In this document: positions 10,660 to 19,208 of the stretch, one piece after another | How positions within the stretch are numbered: position 1 is the first letter of the stretch | Layout: every line of letters begins with the position of its first letter | DNA from: Methanobacteriota archaeon | GTDB lineage: Archaea > Halobacteriota > Bog-38 > Methanoflorentales > Methanoflorentaceae | Direction of reading: 5' to 3' | Length of the DNA stretch: 64,000 bases | NCBI GenBank assembly: GCA_963720465.1 | Contig: OY970393.1 | Span: 1,792,001-1,856,000 of the forward strand | Program-made: the position numbers and the translations under genes | The notes under the pieces: generated by a model | Database searches by the model: none | The model's input: the letters and a program-made list of their open reading frames with translations, nothing else | What the model was told of the DNA's origin: nothing

Positions 10660-11295
10660 TCACGAGCGTATTCGGCTCACAATCCGTTTTCTGTGATAGA
10701 TCAGGTAACCGACAAGGCCGATTATGCCCGCTATGACGACGATATCAAGATATCTAAAGAGCGCCTCAAGATCCGACCAGTGGGGGCCTAGAAGAACGCC
10801 GACATAGGCAAGCCCGAAACACCAAGGAAGCGATCCCAGCACCGTGTAGAGAGAGAATTTCTTCACATCCATCCGGGCGACGCCGGCTGGAAGGGAGATG
10901 AAAGTTCGCACGATCGGCAACAGCCTGCTGACAAAAACAGTGGTCTCTCCATACCTTCCAAACCAGGCGTGTGCCCGGTCAAGTTCACTCTTACGTATCA
11001 GCACGTATTTGCCATACCGCTCAAGGAGGGGCAGGCCTCCGTATCCCCCAACGGAGTAGGCTACGAGTGAGCCGGCGAGGCTGCCGGCCGTACCCGCAAG
11101 GGTAACGCCGATCAGCGTAAGTTCCCCTTTCCAGACGACATAGCCGGCGAAGGGCATTATCACCTCACTAGGCAGCGGAATGCACGCGCTCTCTAGCCCC
11201 ATTGCAACAAAAACACCGGTGTAACCGAGCTGTTCAATTACGGAAATGACGAAATTACTGAGCGTCTCTAAGATATTCAGACTTAAAGCTAACAT
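10660..11295 (-). CDS. dedA: DedA family membrane protein
   Basis: ESACIPLPSEVIMPFAG and RLLPIVRTFISLPAG. Confidence 0.93.
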   Translation of the reverse strand: MLALSLNILETLSNFVISVIEQLGYTGVFVAMGLESACIPLPSEVIMPFAGYVVWKGELTLIGVTLAGTAGSLAGSLVAYSVGGYGGLPLLERYGKYVLIRKSELDRAHAWFGRYGETTVFVSRLLPIVRTFISLPAGVARMDVKKFSLYTVLGSLPWCFGLAYVGVLLGPHWSDLEALFRYLDIVVIAGIIGLVGYLIYHRKRIVSRIRS

Positions 11296-12064
11296 GCAAG
11301 ATCTAATTGTCTAAACAAAGCGCGCTTTTTCGAAGCGATATTGCTGCATCTCTCTAACCCCGGTTGTTTGTCGCGGTTGTTCCGTTACGATTAGCGGGTT
11401 CATGCGTCGATCATACTATTGCGTTGCGATTATTCTGCCGCACTCCCCAGGAAACCTTTTTTCCTGAAACGGTGCGAAAACACTAAGCCCCTATGGCATG
11501 ACATTATGGCAGGGGCCTCGCTGACACGCTGTACAAATCTCTGCCTTCAGCGATCTCTCCATTCGGTTTCGCACTAGCGAAGCCCTGCTGCGGCGCTCGA
11601 ATAAACAACGTACTCGCGCTGCTTCAATTCTCGCGCTAATATGTCTACTTTTTCTTATTGCCGTCCTTTTTTTAGTGATGCAGCACGAAGTGCATTACAG
11701 CCCAGCTAGGTGTTATTTGCGAAGTCAACTGAGCACGTCACCGAGCTTAAAGTCAACGTCACCATACTTTTTCGGCCTTTGGTTGTATGGTCTTGAACCA
11801 TACTGCAGAACATCGACGCTCATCAAGTGGCCCTCGCCTGGCAACAGGCATTCGGCGGTGTGCCGGTATCCGACTCGAGCCAGAGGCATAATCCACCTCC
11901 GCCTCATTGCCTGCCAGACCGAACTGTTTACGTAGCGCATCTAGGGCGTGCCACGCAGAAATGTCGAATGAGAGAGTCCTGACGGACGCGCAATATATAA
12001 GGGCCCACGTCTTCCTGACTACGAGGAAAGACAATGACTATCAAATATCAAATGAGGTGTTGAG

Positions 12065-12349
12065 CTGACTGAAGAGCAACCAAGCAAGGTGAGACTGCCC
12101 AGAAAACACCAGAATGAGATCTTTGGAACGGTGGAAAAAATGCTCGGCGGAAGCCGAATCACCGTTCGCTCTCAAGATGGAAAAACCCGCATGGGGCGGA
12201 TTCCAGGTAAGATGAAACGAAGAGTATGGCTCCGTGTGGGCGACGTCATTATTATTCGGCCCTGGAGCATTCAAGATGAAAAGGCGGATGTCGTCTGGCG
12301 ATATCTTCCACCACAAGCTGACTGGCTGAGAAGGAAAGGGTACATTTAA
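12065..12349 (+). CDS. eif1a: Archaeal translation initiation factor aIF-1A; proposed CTG start at 12065 (ORF track starts at GTG 12089)
   Basis: VRLP...GRIPGKMKRRVW...GDVII..PW..Q..KAD..WRY; SD GAGGTG at 12054-12059 lies 5 nt before the in-frame CTG. Confidence 0.92.
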   Translation: MTEEQPSKVRLPRKHQNEIFGTVEKMLGGSRITVRSQDGKTRMGRIPGKMKRRVWLRVGDVIIIRPWSIQDEKADVVWRYLPPQADWLRRKGYI

Positions 12350-12548
12350 GCGCTACTTCGCGCACTCTTTTTTGCATCTGCATTGTGTCCGTCGTCGTGA
12401 TTCGTGCCGCAAACCCGGCTCATGAATGATGATAACGCTCGTTACTGCCCTGCTTAATCTTGCGGTAGTGGCGATGATGGTACTATCCGCTGAAGGTCAT
12501 GACACAGTATCCGCACATCGATCTCTCCGCTGCCGGCAAGAGACGTGA

Positions 12549-13760
12549 GTGAAGCGAATGAGAGAAGACTATGATGTAATAGTGGTCGGGGCAGGCCCAG
12601 CAGGCTCAGTTGCAGCACTGAACGCAGCTGCAGATAGCGACGTTCTGCTAATAGAGAAACGGCCAGAGATAGGGGCGCCTGTTCGATGCGCAGAGGCAGT
12701 GCCTCTTGTTGAAACGCCGTTCGTTTTTCACACGTCATTCGAAAAATACGTAAAACCTGACAAGAAGTGGGTGGCAAGCGAAGTTAAGGGAGTACGGGCT
12801 ACTGCTCCTGATGGTACAACAGTCGAAGTCTCTGGGGAGATGCTCGGGAAGGAAGAACCACTTGGCATCATCCTAGAGCGCAAGCTCTTCGATCGACAGC
12901 TGGCTAAGGATGCCGCTCGTTCCGGAGCGCACGTTGCGGTGCGCACCCGTGCAACTGGGCTGATTCTGGAAGACGGCACGGTACGAGGCGTCAAACTTAG
13001 CCGCCTCGGTGAGGAGTTTGACGTGCGTGCCAAGCTTGTGATAGGTGCTGACGGCGTTGAATCTCAGGTAGGCCGGTGGGCGGGCATAAACACCACGCTC
13101 AAGCTCAAGGACATCGAGAGCTGCGCCCAGTATCACATGCAAAACGTCGAATTGGCGGACAAAACGCTCGATTTCTACTTTGGCTCCTCGGCGCCGAGCG
13201 GCTACGCTTGGGCATTTCCAAAAGGACACGGTGCGGGCAACATCGGACTCGGGGTACTCGGAAGCAAGTTGAGTGGGAAGCGCCCATTGGCGTACCTCGA
13301 CGAGTTTGTAGCACAGCGCTTTCCCGACGGCAAACCGGTCGAACTGATGATGGGGGCTTGCCCCGTGAGCGACGCGCTTACACACATAGTGCGCGATGGG
13401 CTGATGCTCGTGGGTGATGCAGCACATCACACTGAGCCGATAACCGGGGGAGGCATTATGGCGGCGCTCCAGAGCGGAACGATCGCCGGTAAGGTTGCGA
13501 ACAAAGCGGTGCGCCAAAACGATTCGTCGGTCAGAGTGCTTCGAGAATACGAAACTGAATGGAAACGTTCGTTTGGCAAAGCGCGCAAGCGCACCTACCG
13601 AGTCAAAGAATTCGTAGTAAATCTCTCAGATGATGAAATAAACCGGATCTTTCACGCATTCGCAGGGATAACAGCCGAAGAGCTGAATATGAAAGGGGCC
13701 TTAAGGCGCCTGCTTAGATTGGATCCTAGGCTTTTATTGAGTATACGTCAGTTTCTCTAA
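12549..13760 (+). CDS. Digeranylgeranylglycerophospholipid reductase (GGR family)
   Basis: VVGAGPAGS, PVRCAE, GYAWAFPK, LVGDAA, PITGGGI. Confidence 0.9.
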   Translation: MKRMREDYDVIVVGAGPAGSVAALNAAADSDVLLIEKRPEIGAPVRCAEAVPLVETPFVFHTSFEKYVKPDKKWVASEVKGVRATAPDGTTVEVSGEMLGKEEPLGIILERKLFDRQLAKDAARSGAHVAVRTRATGLILEDGTVRGVKLSRLGEEFDVRAKLVIGADGVESQVGRWAGINTTLKLKDIESCAQYHMQNVELADKTLDFYFGSSAPSGYAWAFPKGHGAGNIGLGVLGSKLSGKRPLAYLDEFVAQRFPDGKPVELMMGACPVSDALTHIVRDGLMLVGDAAHHTEPITGGGIMAALQSGTIAGKVANKAVRQNDSSVRVLREYETEWKRSFGKARKRTYRVKEFVVNLSDDEINRIFHAFAGITAEELNMKGALRRLLRLDPRLLLSIRQFL

Positions 13761-13801
13761 TTAGCGGAGTCATTTTTTATTAGCCGCATTTTTTAGGCCG
13801 G

Positions 13802-14404
13802 TTATAGCCTTCTTACCTCTTCCGCCTTAGGCTTCCGTCGAAACAGTCGCTCCCTCAGTGACCGCTTTTGCGGCTCGTCTTCCGTCTCCGGCAACGGCGG
13901 TTGCACCTCTTCGGCTCCCGCCTCGCTACTGGGGACTGGGGAGGGAGTTGACACAGCAGCCGGCAGCAAGCGCGCAAGCATCTCACTCACGTCTGCCAGT
14001 CGGTCAATGACCTTGCTCGACTCACTTCCGTAGAACCCCGCGATGGTCTCATACCGCTTAATCTCGTCTTCTCGCGCCTGTTTGAAGCTCTCGTACTGCG
14101 CAGTCAGTCGCTCTATCATATCCGTTTTCATGTAGAGGAGCTCATCTTTATGGCGCAGCTCTCGCTCACGTTTTTCAAGCTCGGCCTCGAGGCGCGCCGC
14201 GGTTTCACGCGGCACCATCAGCGTTCCTAGGTCTTCTTCTGCAGTGCCTTCGCTCTCGCGCCCTCCGTCTAAATATGCTTCTAACGCTGCCGCGACGATC
14301 TTGCTTCGGCTACTGTTTTCAGAGCTCGCCTGCTTGTCAGCAGCAGCCAGGAGTTCGTCTGAAATCGCAATAGTGACTTTGTGTAATGGCATGGGACTTA
14401 CCAC
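13802..14404 (-). CDS. RHH (CopG-like) DNA-binding protein with coiled coil and basic amphipathic C-terminal tail
   Basis: N-terminal KVTIAISDELL...SRSKIVAAALEAYL RHH pattern; E/K/R-rich helix; LLPA...KRSLRERLFRR tail. Confidence 0.75.
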   Translation of the reverse strand: MVSPMPLHKVTIAISDELLAAADKQASSENSSRSKIVAAALEAYLDGGRESEGTAEEDLGTLMVPRETAARLEAELEKRERELRHKDELLYMKTDMIERLTAQYESFKQAREDEIKRYETIAGFYGSESSKVIDRLADVSEMLARLLPAAVSTPSPVPSSEAGAEEVQPPLPETEDEPQKRSLRERLFRRKPKAEEVRRL

Positions 14405-14456
14405 CTATGACGGCGCAGAACCGAATGCGGCCCTCGCTTCGGCTCAGTCACACCAT

Positions 14457-14475
14457 AGTATGAATGCTTCATACT
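14457..14475. promoter_or_regulatory. Perfect inverted repeat AGTATGAA-N3-TTCATACT upstream of the RHH gene; candidate operator
   Basis: 8-bp arms read directly, about 50 bp upstream of the RHH start. Confidence 0.5.
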
Positions 14476-14497
14476 TGAGCATGTCGCCCGCTAACGG

Positions 14498-15014
14498 GAT
14501 TTTCCACTCAACAGTTTCCACCGTTTCCGGTGCAAGGCGCGCGAGCATCAGCTGAAGAAAAATCAACTTGCGCGCTTCGATGAAAAAAATAATGAATTTT
14601 CGAGCTCTTTCGCGGAACAGGCAGTAGTGGTAGCCGATCTTTTTCAAACGGTCTCTTTGAAGCTCTCTGTTCGCATAGCTCGCTACGTGGCTTGATAGCG
14701 GCAGTCGCAATGCAGCTAGAAACTATTTATAGCAGGTTCAACACTTTTTTTGAAATTCAGTTCTAGTGATAGTTCGAAGCTCCTTAATTTAACCGTGGAG
14801 ACGGGCAGAACGCCGTCCATTTGCAAAAATAGCTATCTTGCCACAACAAAATACCTTTATTTCGAGTCCAGATTTTAAAAAGAAGGATAAAATAGAAACG
14901 AAATCGTTAAATACGATCAGTGCACGGTTTAATGTGTCGATGCAGCAGGAGCCGGGCTTCGCCGCAAGGCCCTACCTCAAAACGCGCTCTTTTCGCTTGG
15001 CGGGCCCGCGCTCC
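14498..15014. repeat. Copy 1 of a ~0.5 kb non-coding repeat with fixed-spacing conserved blocks
   Basis: Seven blocks match 41542-42060 at offset 27044-27046; 14848-14881 vs 41892-41925 is 33/34 identical. Confidence 0.85.
14948..15014 (+). ncRNA. Candidate structured element (GGAGC...CCTRCCTCRAA...GCTCC), copy 1
   Basis: 67 nt; terminal stem, conserved core motif, inner hairpin GCG-CTCTTTT-CGC; TTAAATA box about 35 bp upstream; T-rich downstream. Confidence 0.55.
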
Positions 15015-15226
15015 ATGTTGGTCGCCACATTTCTTCAGCAATATTCTTTGTTGTGTGAGGTGTTTCTTTCGATTTTTCACCGCTTCTCCAGGCATATTTA
15101 AGTCCGGTGGAACGCGATGTTTGTGCGCCGCGTCGCTTGTCGAACCTCCTTTATTCAGGGATCGAAGTCACGGACTAAAGAGCGACCGAGCTGCAAGAGC
15201 TTTCTAAGGACGGTGCGCACTAGGCT

Positions 15227-15525
15227 ATGAAGGTAATTACAAGCGATGAACTTACAGAGTGGATTGCGCAAGTTTTGAGCAAAGGGGTATGAGGTCTGCC
15301 GCACGAAACTGCTTTCGGACGACAATGATGCCACGAAAGAAATCAGGCGAGAAGGGTGAGCTAAACGTGCGCGATGGTTGTTCGAGATGACGACGTCAGT
15401 CTGGTAGTCGAGAGCGTAGCAAAAGCAGCCCGAACCGGCGAAATGGCGGATGGAAAGATATTCATGCTGCCCGTAGAAGAAGTCGTAATCTTCGCGCAGG
15501 AGAAAAGGGGGAGGCGCACTCTGAT
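15227..15525 (+). pseudogene. glnK: Decayed P-II (GlnB/GlnK) nitrogen regulator gene
   Basis: Manual translation MKVIT...GV*GL...FGRQ*...[36 protein letters not shown] with 3 in-frame stops, then a frameshift to RAGEKGE. Confidence 0.8.
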
Positions 15526-15632
15526 TGAGGTTCGCCCATGAATGTACGCGCCTCGGCACGCAATCCGATATGGATCTTCAGATCCTATTTGTTGGGGCGA
15601 GGTCACACAAAACGGCTAATCTGTTTTCGTTG

Positions 15633-16175
15633 CTAGCGTCGGCTCCAAAAGCGTGAGAAACCACTGCGCGAAGGAGCCCGTTCTTCGAAACTGCGCGTGA
15701 AAAAAAGCTTGAAGTACGCGCCGTCGACTTTTTTTCGCAGGATCATTTTGAATCCCAATTCGTGGTACATAGTTGAGGCTGCCACGTTGGTCTCCCATGT
15801 GGTTATGAGCGTTGCCTCCATCCCGTTTTGAAAGAGCTTCGACATGGCGTATTCGACGAGTTTCTTGCCGATGCCGAGCCGCCGAAATTCAGGCAGAACA
15901 GCGAGCGTCTCGATAAGTCCGAGCTGAGGTCGCCTGTAATGGTAGATCACCGCGACGACGCCGACAATCCGTCCATCATCGACGGCTTTGATCCAGCTTC
16001 GTCGCCTGTCGTTCAAAATGCGTGATACCTTAACGCGCAGGTTTTCGTCTTCGGTGAGCGGCGGCACAAATTCGTGATCGACGATGCTGAGCACGCGCAT
16101 TATGGCATCGAAATCGTTCCAGGTTGCTTCACTAATCGTGAGCGTCTCAAGCGGTTCCAGCACTTCTGTTACCAT
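15633..16175 (-). CDS. GNAT family N-acetyltransferase
   Basis: IETLAVLPEFRRLGIGKKL and N..A..MY..LGF motifs. Confidence 0.88.
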   Translation of the reverse strand: MVTEVLEPLETLTISEATWNDFDAIMRVLSIVDHEFVPPLTEDENLRVKVSRILNDRRRSWIKAVDDGRIVGVVAVIYHYRRPQLGLIETLAVLPEFRRLGIGKKLVEYAMSKLFQNGMEATLITTWETNVAASTMYHELGFKMILRKKVDGAYFKLFFTRSFEERAPSRSGFSRFWSRR

Positions 16176-16200
16176 CCATCACTTGGTACGGGCGTCACGG

Positions 16201-16833
16201 CTAGCAAAGCAGGACGAGCGCATTCAACACGATGCGATCGGAGGCCGACTCGTTAAAGGGCAAACCAGCGTTGCGTGCGGTCTCTCCAACATCAATGCCC
16301 ATGGCCTCCATCGACGGTCGTGCTTTGTACGGGTTGCGGCAACGATTGCCCACACCGGCGCACGCTTCGCAAAGCGTACATTTTCCCGCGGAAAATGCCG
16401 TAGCGAACTTGAGGCCTTTTTTAAATGCGCCAGCTTCAAGACGAGCGGCGATCGTATCAAGCGTATTTTTTGCTACCAAATAGGTCTGATCCCACCCTTT
16501 GAGATACGCCTCATCTGAGTAAAGGGTCGCAAGATCTTCAGCTGCGTGGATCCGTTCGAGCATCCAGTCAGGTACGTCGTACGCAATCTGGACAATCAGC
16601 GCCTTTTGGAATCGCGCGAGGACGTTCCTGAATTCATCGAGGGGCATGACGTTAGGGGGGCACATCAAACACACGTTGTAATTCTTGCAGACGGGAACGT
16701 TGCATTTGAGTCGTACGCGTTCGTCAACCACTATGAGCGCAGCATCAAATACTTGGGCGCGGGTCGCACCAAGTTCACGTGCGGTCGTAAGAAATTCACT
16801 CGAAAAAGTTTCGCCATCGCAAACTGTATCCAT
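16201..16833 (-). CDS. Cys-rich predicted metal-binding protein (DUF2284-like)
   Basis: VRLKC..P.C..Y..C..CPP, GKCTLCEAC, RPSMEAMGIDV. Confidence 0.8.
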   Translation of the reverse strand: MDTVCDGETFSSEFLTTARELGATRAQVFDAALIVVDERVRLKCNVPVCKNYNVCLMCPPNVMPLDEFRNVLARFQKALIVQIAYDVPDWMLERIHAAEDLATLYSDEAYLKGWDQTYLVAKNTLDTIAARLEAGAFKKGLKFATAFSAGKCTLCEACAGVGNRCRNPYKARPSMEAMGIDVGETARNAGLPFNESASDRIVLNALVLLC

Positions 16834-16964
16834 TGCTAACCGTTACGGAAATAGCGATCGAAACTATAAGAAAGTTGCTTGGCGGGGCATCGCGTTCACT
16901 GGCCCAGGCTCTGGAGCGACCCGCATTATATGCCGATCCCTTGTTGATCGCACCAGATGCTTCG

Positions 16965-18098
16965 TCAAGCAAGCTCAATTTCCACGGCTCGCGGTTCTTC
17001 CAGGTCCTTCAGCTGCTTCATTAGGCGTGCGCGCTCATCTTCCAACGCTCGTAGATCGTCAATGTGTGCACCCTGCTGAATCTTTTCTAGGTGCTCTCGA
17101 TTTACCGCGCTCGTAGCACGCATTCTTTCATACCGCCCACTCGTCACGAGCTTTTTGGTTTTGCGCAAGAAGGTAAGCAGACCAGTTGGGGCGTTTAATT
17201 TTGACAAAAAAGCGATAAGTCTCGGGATCTTGACGGCAAGAGATACGCCAGGCTCTTTGAGAGAAAGCTTCAGCGCCTCTCGGCGTTTGATATCATCTAG
17301 CGATTCAAGCCAGACAATGTTTGATTCTAGGACCTTCCTGAAGCTTGTCGTATCTCCCACGTAGTGCGAGAGCTTGCTGTCCGAGTATTTGGCATATTCG
17401 AGAAGCCGGTAGAGGGGGAGCGAAGTGAGGTCCTCGCCTTGTACAAGAGCGAGGAGTTTCTCAGCGTTTTCGTGGCTCGGCGACGGTGGGAATCTGAGCT
17501 CAGGATGGTAACTCGCGTCGAGACTTATTCTGAGGACTTCCAAGACGGGGGCTTGCTTAACGAACGTCTCTAGGAATGTGCCGACGTCGCCGTTATACAC
17601 TGCAATTTGCTCCTTCAAAGCGGCGAGGTCGTCAAACGAGGTGACGTCCACGTTTTGCAAAGATTCGTAGTACGCCTCTTTCTCACGGATTTCTGCTTCC
17701 ACGCTTTCGCAGCGGGTGCGCAGGGCCACGTAGCCCTTCTTATATTCTTCAAATAGCCGGCGCTGCTCTGTGAGAAGCCCTAAAACCGGAATTCGATCGA
17801 GCTCCCTAACCGCGGTTTCAAAACGGCGTTTCTTGAGCACGGTGAGCGCTTTTTCAAGCTGCTCGGTGTAATCGAGTGATTCTTCTTCGCGTGCTTTTTC
17901 CACCCGCCGCGTTATTCGTTGAAGGCGCCGCGTCAGATCGAGATACACCCGAAACGTATCCGGCGTGCCTTCGAAGTCGCGCACAAGCTCCCGGATCTCT
18001 CGGTTGAAGCGCTCGACAAGTTCAAGTCGCTCGCGACCAGCTTCGCGTATTCGTTTGTTGATCGTGGCAATTTCGATGAGCAGGTCAAGGGGTTCCAA
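16965..18098 (-). CDS. Helical, coiled-coil-rich hypothetical protein downstream of mptA
   Basis: 377-aa ORF, TTG start, SD GAGGGG, co-oriented with mptA. Confidence 0.7.
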   Translation of the reverse strand: MEPLDLLIEIATINKRIREAGRERLELVERFNREIRELVRDFEGTPDTFRVYLDLTRRLQRITRRVEKAREEESLDYTEQLEKALTVLKKRRFETAVRELDRIPVLGLLTEQRRLFEEYKKGYVALRTRCESVEAEIREKEAYYESLQNVDVTSFDDLAALKEQIAVYNGDVGTFLETFVKQAPVLEVLRISLDASYHPELRFPPSPSHENAEKLLALVQGEDLTSLPLYRLLEYAKYSDSKLSHYVGDTTSFRKVLESNIVWLESLDDIKRREALKLSLKEPGVSLAVKIPRLIAFLSKLNAPTGLLTFLRKTKKLVTSGRYERMRATSAVNREHLEKIQQGAHIDDLRALEDERARLMKQLKDLEEPRAVEIELA

Positions 18099-18117
18099 TC
18101 AAAGCCCCTCTAGCGGG

Positions 18118-19092
18118 TTAAGTCTCACAAAAGGCTTTTACTTCGACTTCCTGCTCGAGGGCCAGCTCTTGGCGAAGCTCCTCGAGCGACGCGACGCGCT
18201 CTGCGAAGGCGTTATGGCGGTGAATGCTCTCCTCGTTGAGCTGCTTTATGGTGATAACGGAGTCATCAGGCAGGTATGGAAACGCTTCGACTACTTTGTG
18301 CGCCATGACTCGTACGCAGTCCTCCACGAATTTAGGGTTCTTGTGAGCGGTTTCAACGACCACAGCTTCGTCGGTTCGCTTGAGCAGCTCGTAAATCTTC
18401 GAGCTCATCGATTCTTCGACGATCTCGATTATCGTGTCGAGCGGCACCTCGTAGCCAGCGCCGACCTCTATGGCGATGGTTCCGCGCCCTCGCTGGTTGT
18501 GGGTTGCGAGCGGGATATCTCGAAGAAACGCCTCAATGTGTGCGGGCGCGACGTTGAGCTCCTTTAGGCGCATCTCTGCTTGCTCTCGTGTGTGCTCTTG
18601 AGCGCACGGACACGCGGTCATTCCGACGACCTCAGCCCCAATCATCCGCCGCGTCCTGTGCTGGTTGTCGTTGGTGCGATACGTCGTCGTTTCCGCGAAG
18701 ATGTTGGTAATCTCTTGGGTCGTGATGCCCGTGCTGGGGGTTTCGCGTTTTACCATGTATTCGCTTCGCATGCGCACTTCTGCGCGCGATGCATACTCGT
18801 GTCGATCGAGCAGCTTTTCGGCGACATCCCCACAAAACTGTTCTATTTCATAGACTGGCGCGTTCAGCGCATCTTCTAACGCTTCGTCCATCACCTCAAA
18901 GTTTCTGCTAAGGTTGGCGCCTTTGCGATTCGAGGGCAGATCAACGAACAAGTCAAATTCAGAGACTAATATTACTGGGCGTTTGTCACGCCGCGTAACC
19001 TTAATCAGTTTTTTGACGTTGGTCACACCGACCCGCGTGAGATTTATAGAGAATTCCGGGCGATTTGCTTGTACGTCAACTTGTGCATCCAT
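18118..19092 (-). CDS. mptA: GTP cyclohydrolase MptA (methanopterin/folate pathway)
   Basis: [44 protein letters not shown]. Confidence 0.93.
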   Translation of the reverse strand: MDAQVDVQANRPEFSINLTRVGVTNVKKLIKVTRRDKRPVILVSEFDLFVDLPSNRKGANLSRNFEVMDEALEDALNAPVYEIEQFCGDVAEKLLDRHEYASRAEVRMRSEYMVKRETPSTGITTQEITNIFAETTTYRTNDNQHRTRRMIGAEVVGMTACPCAQEHTREQAEMRLKELNVAPAHIEAFLRDIPLATHNQRGRGTIAIEVGAGYEVPLDTIIEIVEESMSSKIYELLKRTDEAVVVETAHKNPKFVEDCVRVMAHKVVEAFPYLPDDSVITIKQLNEESIHRHNAFAERVASLEELRQELALEQEVEVKAFCET

Positions 19093-19208
19093 TATGCTCT
19101 CCTTTCATTTACTATGCAATAATGCTTTTGACCAGCCTCTAAATAGTGGCCAGAACGGCGCGAACCGCCGTTCAACGCACGTGTGGCTCTTCTCTCTTTG
19201 ATACGCCT

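Noticed and set aside
11448-11466. Inverted repeat CAGGAAA-N5-TTTCCTG as an NrpR operator
   Set aside because: Spacing is GGAA-N7-TTCC, not the N6 of NrpR sites, and no nitrogen gene is adjacent.
11725-11940. Short ORFs between dedA and aIF-1A
   Set aside because: No recognisable motif or supporting signals.
16833-17024. ORF starting MLTVTEIAIETIRKLL, reminiscent of an IscA/HesB N-terminus
   Set aside because: It lacks the conserved Cys residues and overlaps the upstream region and 3' end of opposite-strand genes; probably chance.
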